DNA of 32,000 nucleotides from Desulfurococcus amylolyticus Z-533 (GTDB taxonomy: Archaea > Thermoproteota > Thermoprotei_A > Sulfolobales > Desulfurococcaceae), in NCBI RefSeq assembly GCF_000513855.1, contig NZ_KI911318.1, forward strand, positions 899,327 through 931,326, in the 5' to 3' direction. A program made the translations under genes and the position numbers. Shown here piece by piece: positions 1 through 9,563 of the stretch. The stretch's first letter is position 1. Each line of letters starts with the position of its first letter. The notes under the pieces were generated by a model. That model was not told where the DNA came from. It saw only the letters and a list, made by a program, of their open reading frames with translations, and made no database searches.

Positions 1-253
1 CCTGTATACTTGTTAAGGCACCGATTCTGATTCTGTCTCCCTCGTCAATAATGTATCTTAACTCGTTTAACTTGGATATATCTATTAAATCGCTCACATT
101 ATACCTCTTAATCTTCAGGTCGAGCACTAGATCCGTGCCCCCGGCCAGTATTCTAGCCTTCTCACTCAGTTCGCCGAGTAGTTTGAGTGCTTCATCGAGT
201 GTAGATGGCCTATAATACCTTATCTCAGGTAACCGGTAGAACACTGTCACCAC
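1..253 (-). CDS. FAD-binding medium subunit (CoxM/XdhB-like) of a molybdopterin dehydrogenase; N-terminal part only, continues past the window start
   Basis: Absent from the ORF track because it is truncated. My minus-strand translation from GTG at 253 (or 250) reads VVTVFYRLPEIRYYRPSTLDEALKLLGELSEKARILAGGTDLVLDLKIKRYNVSDLIDISKLNELRYIIDEGDRIRIGALTSIQ. The AGGTDL motif and overall pattern fit FAD-binding subunits of this family. The start abuts the stop of the large subunit gene (255-257). Confidence 0.7.
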   Translation of the reverse strand, partial: MVTVFYRLPEIRYYRPSTLDEALKLLGELSEKARILAGGTDLVLDLKIKRYNVSDLIDISKLNELRYIIDEGDRIRIGALTSIQ

Positions 254-254
254 C

Positions 255-2597
255 TCATAGTCTACCAATCAATCTAAGCACCTCCTCAGGGGTCAATGGT
301 GTCCTAGTTACATTGACCCCTAGTGCATGACTTACAGCATTAGCTATTGAGGCCGGCATAGGTATGAGGGCCATTTCACCGACACCTTTAGCGCCGAAGG
401 GACCGTACTTGAATAAGTCTTCAACGTAAATCGGCTCAGCTATCTCCGGTACATCCTTGATCGTCGGGATAACGTAGTCCGTTAGGTTAGTGTTCAATAC
501 CTCTCCGTTATCACTGAACACTAGTTTCTCCATCAATGCATATCCCACGCCCTGAGCTACAGCGCCCTCTATCTGTCCCTCAACCTGCTGGGGATTGATT
601 ATCCTTCCAGCAGCTAGGCCTGGATATACCCGTGTAACCCTTACAACGCCTGTTAATGTATCTACTTCAACCTCAGAGACTACCACGATATAGCTGTAGG
701 CTGGGTACGCGAATCCCTGCCCCACAGCATCATCGAATCTACCTTTTGGTAGGAAGAAATAGCCTGTTGCAGATAACTCGACACCCCTGGCCATCGCCTC
801 CTTAACGAGGTCTCTCAGCGATATCTGCTTACCAGGGTTACTCTTCGAGTAGACCTTGTTATCCGCGAACACTAGGTCCTCCACGGACACTCCTAGGACC
901 CTGGATGCCAGCTCGCTCAGCCTCTCCCTTAGCTTCGAAGCCGCTACGTAGACCCCTATCCCCCCTATGCTACTACCCCTTGATGCATGGGTTGCACCGG
1001 TATCGGGGGAATCCGTTGTACCATACACTACTCTGACCCTGTCGGGTGTTATACCGAGTAGCTCGCATACTATTTGTACATGAGCTGAGCTCGGCGAGCC
1101 CTGTCCAATCTCCACGATGCCAGTGTACAGCGTGACCGAGCCATCCTGCTCTATCTTCACATATGCGTTTGACCAGTCTGGTACACCCCTGGATGTGCTA
1201 ATACCATGCCATGCCACGGCCACACCAATACCCTTCTTAATTCTTTCACTATGCTTATTGAACTCCTCTATCTCACGCCTCCTCTCACGCCACCGGCATG
1301 TATTAGCAACCTTTACCAAGGCATCGGCTACTCCAACAGAGTGGTCTAGTAGCTGCCCTGTGATAGTGAAAGAGCCCTCTCTTACAATGTTCTTCAACCT
1401 GAATTCAACTGGGTCTAGCCCGAGTCTCTCAGCTAATTGATCCATCTGCCTCTCAACAGCGAACTGTATTGATAAGTTGCCGAAGCCCCTGAACGAGCCC
1501 TGGTATACTTTATTAGTGTACACAGCGTAGCCATCGATCCTTGCATTGGGTACTACATAGGGCCCGGAGGCATGCATTGTTGCACGCCAAAGTATGAAGG
1601 GCCCTCTGTTAGCGTATGCACCAGTGTCATGTATTATTGTTACATCTATAGCCGTGAGCCTCCCATCGGCATCAGCCCCGCTCCTATACCTTATGATTGC
1701 CGCCTCCCTCTTAGGATGCACCTTGATTGATTCCTCCCTACTATATATCAGTAGGGCTGGCTTACCAGTCAAGTAGGCTACAAGAGCTGCCTTAGCACAT
1801 GCCAACGGGCCCTCGTCATCCTTACCGCCGAAGCCTCCACCTATGTAAGGTGCAACTATTTTTACCTTACTTAATGGTAAACCCAGGACCCTTGCAACTA
1901 TTCTCTGCCCGAGGTGAGGATACTGGAGCCCACCTATTATAGTCACGCCCCCCTCAATACTCGGGATCGCCAACGCCGCTTCAGTCTCCAGGTATGCATG
2001 CTCCTGGTGGTGTAGCCTATACTCATTCTCAACTATGACATGGGCTCTTGAAAACCCCTCCTCGACATTACCCCTCCTAACCCTCGTCTTAAACGCTATA
2101 TTCGAGCCCGCTTCCTCGTGGATAAGGATATCATTCCTATTCATAGCCTCCAACGGATCCAGTATATATGGTAAGGGCTCATACTCTACCCTTACCTCCT
2201 CAACTGCCCTGAGAGCTTCATCCATATCTATGGAGGCAACCAGTGCCACTACTTCCCCGTGATATCTCACCTTTCCTTCTGCAAGTAATGGTTGATCAGG
2301 CAACGCGTATCCCACCTGGTTTTCCCCGGGTATATCCCTAGCTGTAAACAACTTCACGCCCTTACTCCTCAGGTGTTCCGGTAGGCTTATACTCTTCAGT
2401 CTTGCATGTGGATAAGTGCTTAACACTTGCTTAACGTATAATGCATTACCGAGGAAGTAGTCTATGTAGTAATCCTCAGTGAATAATGCTTTACCAAGAG
2501 CCTTTTCCAGGGAGTCGACTCTTGACACTTTCCTACCTATAACGAGGAATTCACTTGCTGAGAGCCATTTCTCCAGGAGGCTGGTTGAATCCGCCAT
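255..2597 (-). CDS. Xanthine dehydrogenase / aldehyde oxidoreductase family molybdopterin-binding large subunit
   Basis: 780-aa ORF carrying family motifs GGGFGGK (YIGGGFGGKDDEG), EIGQGS and the C-terminal GAKGVGE. It is followed on the same strand by the FAD-binding subunit. Confidence 0.9.
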   Translation of the reverse strand: MADSTSLLEKWLSASEFLVIGRKVSRVDSLEKALGKALFTEDYYIDYFLGNALYVKQVLSTYPHARLKSISLPEHLRSKGVKLFTARDIPGENQVGYALPDQPLLAEGKVRYHGEVVALVASIDMDEALRAVEEVRVEYEPLPYILDPLEAMNRNDILIHEEAGSNIAFKTRVRRGNVEEGFSRAHVIVENEYRLHHQEHAYLETEAALAIPSIEGGVTIIGGLQYPHLGQRIVARVLGLPLSKVKIVAPYIGGGFGGKDDEGPLACAKAALVAYLTGKPALLIYSREESIKVHPKREAAIIRYRSGADADGRLTAIDVTIIHDTGAYANRGPFILWRATMHASGPYVVPNARIDGYAVYTNKVYQGSFRGFGNLSIQFAVERQMDQLAERLGLDPVEFRLKNIVREGSFTITGQLLDHSVGVADALVKVANTCRWRERRREIEEFNKHSERIKKGIGVAVAWHGISTSRGVPDWSNAYVKIEQDGSVTLYTGIVEIGQGSPSSAHVQIVCELLGITPDRVRVVYGTTDSPDTGATHASRGSSIGGIGVYVAASKLRERLSELASRVLGVSVEDLVFADNKVYSKSNPGKQISLRDLVKEAMARGVELSATGYFFLPKGRFDDAVGQGFAYPAYSYIVVVSEVEVDTLTGVVRVTRVYPGLAAGRIINPQQVEGQIEGAVAQGVGYALMEKLVFSDNGEVLNTNLTDYVIPTIKDVPEIAEPIYVEDLFKYGPFGAKGVGEMALIPMPASIANAVSHALGVNVTRTPLTPEEVLRLIGRL

Positions 2598-2669
2598 AAG
2601 TGCACCTCAAGTCAATTTATTGCTATAATAAATAAATATTTTTTATTCAATATATCATCGATCCATAAT
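2598..2669. promoter_or_regulatory. AT-rich divergent intergenic region between the dehydrogenase operon and pyrC, with several TATA-like stretches
   Basis: The sequence ...tttattgctataataaataaatattttttattcaatatatc... lies between two divergently oriented start codons. No transcription start site can be called from sequence alone. Confidence 0.3.
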
Positions 2670-4019
2670 GTGATAGCTATGAGCCTACTCATTAGAAACG
2701 GGCTCCTCATTACTCCTCGGAGAGTATTCAGGGCTGATGTGAAAATAGTGAACGGGGTTATCACTGAGATAGGGGTTGGACTTAGCACTAGTGGGGTGGA
2801 TGAGGTCATCGATGCATCAGGCATGCTTGTACTACCCGGTGTAATAGATGAGCACGTACACATGAGGGAGCCCGGCCTAGAGTACAAGGATGACTTCACT
2901 CATGGAACCAGGGCTGCTTTAAAAGGAGGCGTTACAACAGTTATAGAGCACCCTAATACGCTTCCACCGGTAGAGGATCCAGGTAAATTAGCCAGTAAGG
3001 CGAGACTGCTTGAGTCGAAGGCGTATGTTGACTACGCGCTTCTCGGCGTCCTCCACGATGGGAATATACATTTATTCGAGGACATTGTCGCAGCAGGAGC
3101 AGTAGGCTTCAAGATATTTATGGGCCCGACGACAGGTAATATCCCGCCGCCTAGTGATAGCGGTTTATATGAGGCCCTCTCTAAATCAGGCAAGACAGGA
3201 GTTACGATAGCCTTCCACGCTGAAGACCATTCACTGGTAACATATTTCACCGAGAAGGTGAAGGCAGGAGGCGGAATGGATCCATGGCTCCATATCGAGG
3301 CTAGGCCGCCAATAACTGAGGAATACAGTATTGTTAAAATAGCCACCATCGCGAAGCAAACCCATGGGAGAGTATTGATAGTACATATATCATCTATAGA
3401 GGCGCTTGAAGCCGTTCGAAAAGCTAGGAGCGAGGGAGTTGAAATATATGGAGAGACATGCCCACACTACCTCGTACTTGATAAGGCTGACTACCAGAAA
3501 CACGGAAGCTTAATCAAGGTTAACCCACCAATAAGGGGAGGCATTCACCGGGAGAGACTACTTGAAGCCGTGGGGAACGGTCTAATAGACACCCTTGGCT
3601 CAGATCACGCCCCCCACACCCAAGAGGAGAAGAAGAGGGATATATGGAGCGCTGCATCAGGGATGCCCGGGGTTCAAACACTGCTTCCCATAATGCTCGA
3701 TCTAGCTTTAAGGAATGTAGTCCCCTTAACCAGGATGCCTATACTACTATCTGAGAACCCAGCTAAGCTATGGGGATTGTGGCCTAGAAAGGGCTCGATA
3801 GATATAGGGTTCGATGGAGACCTAGTTATCGTCGACCCGGGTGGCGAGACGGTTGTAACGGAGGAGTGGCTTGAATACAAGTATAAGCTCTCTCCATACA
3901 TAGGGTGGAGGCTTAAGGGTAAGATAAGGTACACTATACTCAGAGGGATGGTGATATACCGTGATGGCGTGATCACAGATAAACCTGTTGGAAAATGGAT
4001 TAGACCAGTTAAATTATAA
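2670..4019 (+). CDS. pyrC: Dihydroorotase (cyclic amidohydrolase superfamily)
   Basis: Contains DEHVHMREPG and GSDHAPH metal-ligand motifs and sits immediately upstream of pyrB. The track start is GTG; the true start may be the ATG at 2679 (MSLLIRNG...). Confidence 0.85.
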   Translation: MIAMSLLIRNGLLITPRRVFRADVKIVNGVITEIGVGLSTSGVDEVIDASGMLVLPGVIDEHVHMREPGLEYKDDFTHGTRAALKGGVTTVIEHPNTLPPVEDPGKLASKARLLESKAYVDYALLGVLHDGNIHLFEDIVAAGAVGFKIFMGPTTGNIPPPSDSGLYEALSKSGKTGVTIAFHAEDHSLVTYFTEKVKAGGGMDPWLHIEARPPITEEYSIVKIATIAKQTHGRVLIVHISSIEALEAVRKARSEGVEIYGETCPHYLVLDKADYQKHGSLIKVNPPIRGGIHRERLLEAVGNGLIDTLGSDHAPHTQEEKKRDIWSAASGMPGVQTLLPIMLDLALRNVVPLTRMPILLSENPAKLWGLWPRKGSIDIGFDGDLVIVDPGGETVVTEEWLEYKYKLSPYIGWRLKGKIRYTILRGMVIYRDGVITDKPVGKWIRPVKL

Positions 4020-4042
4020 CGGGGGCTCACCATAAAGTAGTT

Positions 4043-4978
4043 GTGGTGTACCCCATGTATAAGGGAATGGATGTTATATCAGCCCTCCAGTTCTCCAGGA
4101 GCGATGTGGAAAAATTAATCACCATAGCAGAGGAGTTAAGGAGGCGTGTTGAAAACGGTGAAAAACTAGAACTGGCCAAGGGAAGAATACTTTTCACAGC
4201 GTTCTTCGAGCCCAGCACTAGAACCCGACTGAGCTTTCAGTTCGCCATGGCTAAGCTAGGGGGCAACGTAATTGATCTAGGACCCGAGGAGGTCACGAGT
4301 AGAGCCAAGGGAGAGAGCCCTGAGGACACCCTCAGGACAGTTGATAGCTACGATCCCGACATAATAGTTGTGAGACATAGGGAACCCGGGTTCGCGGCTA
4401 AGGCTGCTGAAATATGCAGAGCCCCAGTGGTGAACGCCGGGGATGGATATAATGAACACCCAACGCAAGCCCTACTTGATGTCTACACTATATGGAGGAG
4501 CTTGGGTAGAATAGATGGGGTAACAATAGGGATAATGGGGGATTTAAAGTATGGTAGAACCATCTCTAGCCTATCATATATATTATCCAACTTTAGGGAT
4601 GTAACAATATACTTTATCTCACCGCAGGCACTAAGACCCCGTGAAGAAGTATTGAAGATACTTGACCAGAGGAGGACAAGGTACGAACTCCTCGAAAAAC
4701 CAGACGATGTAATGGAGAAACTGAATATCCTGTATGTGACAAGACTACAGAAGGAGAGAATGAATCCAGAGGAGTATGAGAGGCTTAAGGGAAGCTATAT
4801 TATTACATACGAGTACCTCTCACGTTTCAAGAAGATACCCATGATAATGCATCCACTCCCAAGAGTGTGGGAACTCACCGCCGATGTAGACGTGCTACCC
4901 CAAGCGATATACTTTGAACAAGCCAAGAACGGTCTCTACATGAGGATGGCATTGATAAAAATAATCCTCGGAGTCTAA
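4043..4978 (+). CDS. pyrB: Aspartate carbamoyltransferase catalytic chain
   Basis: Contains STRTR (FFEPSTRTRLSF), HPTQ (NEHPTQAL) and HPLPR motifs. The start is uncertain; an internal ATG at 4055 or 4067 is also possible. Confidence 0.92.
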   Translation: MVYPMYKGMDVISALQFSRSDVEKLITIAEELRRRVENGEKLELAKGRILFTAFFEPSTRTRLSFQFAMAKLGGNVIDLGPEEVTSRAKGESPEDTLRTVDSYDPDIIVVRHREPGFAAKAAEICRAPVVNAGDGYNEHPTQALLDVYTIWRSLGRIDGVTIGIMGDLKYGRTISSLSYILSNFRDVTIYFISPQALRPREEVLKILDQRRTRYELLEKPDDVMEKLNILYVTRLQKERMNPEEYERLKGSYIITYEYLSRFKKIPMIMHPLPRVWELTADVDVLPQAIYFEQAKNGLYMRMALIKIILGV

Positions 4979-5018
4979 TCGATGTAAATTTAAATCATGG
5001 ATTTAAAGATAAATAGAG

Positions 5019-5023
5019 TTTTT
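5019..5023 (+). terminator. Oligo-T tract downstream of pyrB (candidate archaeal terminator)
   Basis: A T5 run in gagtttttaagc lies about 40 nt after the pyrB stop. Archaeal termination commonly uses oligo-T. Confidence 0.25.
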
Positions 5024-5431
5024 AAGCCTCGGTATGCTGTTTCCGCTTTCATATAGGTTTGCTATTGAATTCTTTTGTTGAAGAATGTAATCGCATGCAT
5101 GAATCTCTTCCTTGAATCCCTTAATTCAAGATGTACGGGGCTCCGTTGTGCCAGTGAACGCCCTCAAGCCATATGCAAGCCCAAAGGGGATACAGGGGAA
5201 CAAGGATGAAAGGATGAAACCAATTTAAATAAACCTATATAAGACCTAAACCCCTCGGAGCAGGCATACTTGGATTACTGATGGATTTCAGGGGGAGATG
5301 TTGAGTGGTAGAGTATGCAAGCAGTTTCTGGGTTGCAGTTTTTTCAAGGTTTTCAACGCTTATAAACCTAGTCTTAGACAACCCATAAACCACCCTACAG
5401 AGACCTCATGATAACCTAGAACGGGGAACGG

Positions 5432-5839
5432 TTAGGTCAGGAGGTAGAACTCATATGAGCCATCGCTATGAATTACCGCCCTCACGTATCGCGGCAACCT
5501 CGTTACTCGTGCACCTATGAGTAAGCGTAGTTGTCCATATATCAGGTTGAAATCACCCTTTAACTTTATCCCTAGTTCATCAGCCTTCTTGATAAGCATC
5601 CCTGGTATTTCAGCCATATGTGTTCCAGCAGGTATATCGATATAGCCTGCCGCATGGAGAAGCCTGTATAGACGTATGGTTTCTTCAGCCATCCTTATCT
5701 TCCTTAAGGCTGACTTCTCTATTACAGCAATAGTGCTCCTAGAGATACCTAGGATCCTTGCTATCTCTTCCTGTGTTAACCCCTGTGCCCTGTATTTAAG
5801 CACAAGGTACTGCTTCTCGGTTAGAAGTCCATATTTCAT
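5432..5839 (-). CDS. tfx: Tfx-family DNA-binding protein (N-terminal LuxR / sigma-70 region 4-like HTH)
   Basis: The N-terminus LTEKQYLVLKYRAQGLTQEEIARILGISRSTIAVIEKSALRKI is a classic HTH. The 135-aa size and the C-terminal domain match the archaeal Tfx architecture. Confidence 0.75.
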   Translation of the reverse strand: MKYGLLTEKQYLVLKYRAQGLTQEEIARILGISRSTIAVIEKSALRKIRMAEETIRLYRLLHAAGYIDIPAGTHMAEIPGMLIKKADELGIKLKGDFNLIYGQLRLLIGARVTRLPRYVRAVIHSDGSYEFYLLT

Positions 5840-6178
5840 TTAGACCCCCATTGCTTTCAGGGATGATCCACTAGTTCACTGTATATGTTTCGTCTGCAGA
5901 GTAATAAAAACAGCTAGAGACCTCCTTATCCAGGGCCCAGGACATAAGTATCTATGCCTCCAGCCCGATCGCGACCTCTAAACTTATTATTATACTGAGA
6001 TATAGATAGCACGATTACAAGGCTTATAAATGTTTCCCGGCACCACGCTCTTTGAGAGAGGTTTTCAGCCGTGGCCATCTATATTTTATACATAATCTTC
6101 TCATTAATTATTATACAAAAAGCAAAGATTTATATGTCAAACCCCCTAAATATTACCTCCTGGTGATACTATGTTGGA

Positions 6179-7465
6179 ATGGAATTAAGAAGTACCCAAA
6201 CCCCCGATATACTCCCATCCTACTGGTATAACATAGTACCCGATCTACCTGAACCACTACCTCCCATGATTCATCCTAGCGGGGAGCCAGTTAAAAGAAG
6301 CGAGCTGGAAGTATTATTCCCCAGGAGTCTCGTGGACCAGGAGATCAGTACACAGAGCCGAATACCTATCCCCGAGGCTGTCAGAGAGACACTACTTATG
6401 CTGGGACGGCCCACGCCATTGATAAGGGCGAGAAGACTGGAAGAAGCTTTGAAGACTAATGCAAGAATATTCTTTAAATACGAGGGTGTACTCCCCACGG
6501 GATCCCATAAAATCAATACAGCTGTTGCACAGGCATACTATAATGCAGTTGAAAGCGTTGAAAGGGTGTCCACTGAGACCGGCGCTGGTCAGTGGGGCTC
6601 AGCTCTCTCATTAGCTGGTAACATATACGGGTTAAAGGTAAGGGTATTCATGGTAAGGGCTAGTTATCTTCAGAAACCTTATAGAAGGATCCTGATGGAG
6701 GCCTATGGTGCCGAAGTATATCCTAGTCCGAGCACTAAGACCAATACCGGTAGAAAGCTCTTAGCAGAGAACCCTGATCACCCTGGCAGCCTAGGTATAG
6801 CTATAAGTGAAGCAATAGAAGATGTGGTGTTGAGTGGGGGTAGAGCTAAGTATAGCCTTGGAAGCGTCTTAAACCATGTACTACTGCATCAATCTGTGAT
6901 AGGGTTAGAAGCCATTAAGCAATTAGAGTTACTAGGGGTTGAGAGAGTAGACTATGTTATTGGATGCGTTGGAGGAGGCTCCAACTTCGCTGGGCTCTCA
7001 TACCCATTCATAGGCTACAACTATAATAATGGCGAGCCACCAGTGTTCATCGCTGTTGAACCAGAAACAGTTCCCTCTATGACCAGGGGTGAGTATAGAT
7101 ACGACTACGGCGATACAGCCGGATTAACACCATTATTAAAAATGTATACCCTGGGACATGACTACATCCCACCGCCAATATATGCAGGTGGATTAAGATA
7201 CCATGGCGTTGCTCCCTCGCTAAGCATACTTGTGAAAAACAATATCGTAAAACCAGTTGCATACCCTCAGGACGAGGTATTGGAGGCTGGACTCGTATTC
7301 GCCAGAACCCAGGGTATTCTTCCGGCCCCTGAAAGCTCTCATGCAGTGAAAGCAGTGATAGATGTAGCGTTGAAATACAGGGGTGCCAGCGAGAAACCAA
7401 CAATATTATTCAATCTAAGCGGACATGGGCTACTGGATCTCTCAGCGTACACGAGGAATCATTAG
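6179..7465 (+). CDS. trpB2: Tryptophan synthase beta-chain-like protein, TrpB2 class, standalone
   Basis: Contains the PLP-lysine motif GSHKINTA and GGGSNFAG, plus the long N-terminal extension ([15 protein letters not shown]) typical of TrpB2. No other trp genes are nearby. Confidence 0.88.
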
Positions 7466-7650
7466 TGGTATTGGATTAGAATTATGGCGAGCTCTATTTA
7501 AAGTAAGATATTTTGTATTTTTATTCAATCTCCAATCCAGGTAAATCATGGGAAATATGATGTTTATTGTTTCATCAAAAATTTATATTCTACAAACATA
7601 AATATAGAATCTAGGTGTAATAATAGTTTGAATGGATAGAGGTATGCTAT

Positions 7651-9276
7651 ATGAGTGATGAGGAATCATCTTTCACGGTTTTCAGAGCATATCTACTTAG
7701 AAGGGAATTTACATGGTTCGATATATTTCTATGGGTTATAGCTAATCCATTGGCCTCAGGACTCTTATACTACTCTGTATCAGCAACAGGCTCACCCGGG
7801 TTTTATGGTGGAGTAGTACCGTACGCCTTCCTATTAGCTGGGCTAATGTTTATTCCCATCGTATTATCATTCATGATTACTGCTTCATCTCTTCCGCGTA
7901 GTGCATCCCCCTATATACTGGTGAGCAGGACCTTCGGAGCGCTTCCAGGTTTTCTCTCTATAGCATTATACCTGTTTCTAAGCGGGGGATTATTGACCAT
8001 TGGTTTCCTGGCCTACTCTTCCACAGGGATCTTAAGCGATGGATTTATTATGAGCGGGTATATCACTAATAATAGTTATCTCACCACGCTCGGGGAGTCA
8101 CTGAAGAGTGTACTCTTTACAGTCATTATAGCATTTATAATGATTACATTCTTATTCGTCGCAACAATTTTTGGGAGGAGGGTTATAAAAATACTATTAT
8201 ATGTATCCGTGGCAGTATCCCTGGTATTATACATAGCTATACTCGTATCACTCTACCCATTCTCCAGCAGGGTCTTCATTAATAACTGGAACACGTTGTT
8301 CAATGACTCCTATGGGAAAATAATAAGTATAGCCCAGTACGGCGGGGTTGTCAATGGAGTAGTCGTTAATGCGCTTAAACCTGTAAGCGAGTGGAATGCC
8401 ACGCTTGCGTTGCTCGGTGTAGCTGTGTATGCTTACCTAGGTTTGGAGAACGCTAGCTTCATAGCTGGTGAGGTTAAAGACCCCGTTAACTCATATTTAA
8501 AAGGATACATTACTGGCTTCACTACATTAATCTCTCTCTATACTGTTACACCAGTTATTATAACGCTTATCGCTGGATACGATTTCCTATCAGCGTACAG
8601 CTACCTCTATCACTACTATCCCGGGGTATTAGAGATTATTATGGGCACTAATACACCTCCTTCACCGAGCCTGGTCACCATTATATCGGTCTACACTGAT
8701 AACACTTATACCTCGTTAATCTTCACTGCTGTAGCATACCTGTTCTACTTTAACACTATGCTGACTATCTGGAACAGTGGTATCCGTATATTGCTTGCGC
8801 TGAGCCAAGACCACTTGATGCCGAGGTTCTTGGCTAGGATATCACATAGAACCGGTGTACCCCACTATTCGAACCTATTCATATACGTGCTCTCAACCCT
8901 GATACTACTGTCAACAATCTTCATTAAGTCTAACCTGCAATTAGAGCTCTCATTCCTTAAAATGATAAATCTAGGATACTCGATTTTCCTGGTTTTCATA
9001 GGGCTCTCATTGATCTCTGTACCACTGTTCTCGGAGAAACTGTACAATAGATTTACATATAGAAGCAGGGGGCTACTATACATAGTGGGTTACACATCCT
9101 CAACGATTGGATTCGGGTTAGCGCTAACCGTTGGCGCCAATACCTCACCAACTGATATATTAGTGACTACATCGTTATTCGGAGCCATCCTCCTCTTATT
9201 TATTGCTGTCACAATATACATGAAGCACCGTGGTGTAAGATACGAGGAGGTATTCTCCAGGATACCTCCAATGTAG
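7651..9276 (+). CDS. APC-superfamily amino acid / polyamine permease
   Basis: 541-aa polytopic membrane protein with at least 12 hydrophobic segments. Overall it resembles amino-acid permeases. The substrate cannot be determined. Confidence 0.65.
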   Translation: MSDEESSFTVFRAYLLRREFTWFDIFLWVIANPLASGLLYYSVSATGSPGFYGGVVPYAFLLAGLMFIPIVLSFMITASSLPRSASPYILVSRTFGALPGFLSIALYLFLSGGLLTIGFLAYSSTGILSDGFIMSGYITNNSYLTTLGESLKSVLFTVIIAFIMITFLFVATIFGRRVIKILLYVSVAVSLVLYIAILVSLYPFSSRVFINNWNTLFNDSYGKIISIAQYGGVVNGVVVNALKPVSEWNATLALLGVAVYAYLGLENASFIAGEVKDPVNSYLKGYITGFTTLISLYTVTPVIITLIAGYDFLSAYSYLYHYYPGVLEIIMGTNTPPSPSLVTIISVYTDNTYTSLIFTAVAYLFYFNTMLTIWNSGIRILLALSQDHLMPRFLARISHRTGVPHYSNLFIYVLSTLILLSTIFIKSNLQLELSFLKMINLGYSIFLVFIGLSLISVPLFSEKLYNRFTYRSRGLLYIVGYTSSTIGFGLALTVGANTSPTDILVTTSLFGAILLLFIAVTIYMKHRGVRYEEVFSRIPPM

Positions 9277-9302
9277 TTCCAGCTAGCTGGCTGAAATCGA
9301 GA

Positions 9303-9307
9303 TTTTT
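9303..9307 (+). terminator. Oligo-T tract downstream of the permease gene
   Basis: A T5 run in cgagatttttgct lies about 27 nt after the stop codon. Confidence 0.25.
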
Positions 9308-9563
9308 GCTAAGACTGAAAGGGTGTCAATCGTTTTTAATTAAATTGATCCCTTATCAATAGGGGATTGACGCCAAGTATACACTACATTAAGTAATGTA
9401 GTAGCCGTAATACCGGTAAAAAAGTATACCTTCAGGTTATCTCTCTCGTTTTCTTAGCGAGCTTTAACACTAGACCCAAGACGCCATGTTATTAGGGAGA
9501 GCAGTGGGTAGAGAACCGCTTTCTCCATGCTCCCAACATCTCCCCATAGTTTCCCATGACTGA

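Noticed and set aside
1117-2262. Plus-strand ORFs (1117-1440, 1594-1776, 2035-2262) inside the 780-aa dehydrogenase gene. Similar shadow ORFs lie opposite most long genes, for example 3032-3349, 6271-6516, 7077-7403, 10420-10707, 12239-12616, 15571-15879, 17057-17419, 20396-21061, 21831-22169, 23228-23509, 25679-26110 and 29458-30054.
   Set aside because: Each lies entirely antisense to a longer ORF with strong family motifs. Their translations are low-complexity (S/L/P-rich) with no recognisable motifs. This is typical antisense shadow.
9383-9402. An 8-bp perfect hairpin, actacatt-aagt-aatgtagt, in the gap between the convergent permease and PIN-protein genes.
   Set aside because: It is short and AT-rich, and archaeal termination does not need hairpins. 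That is not enough to call it a functional element.
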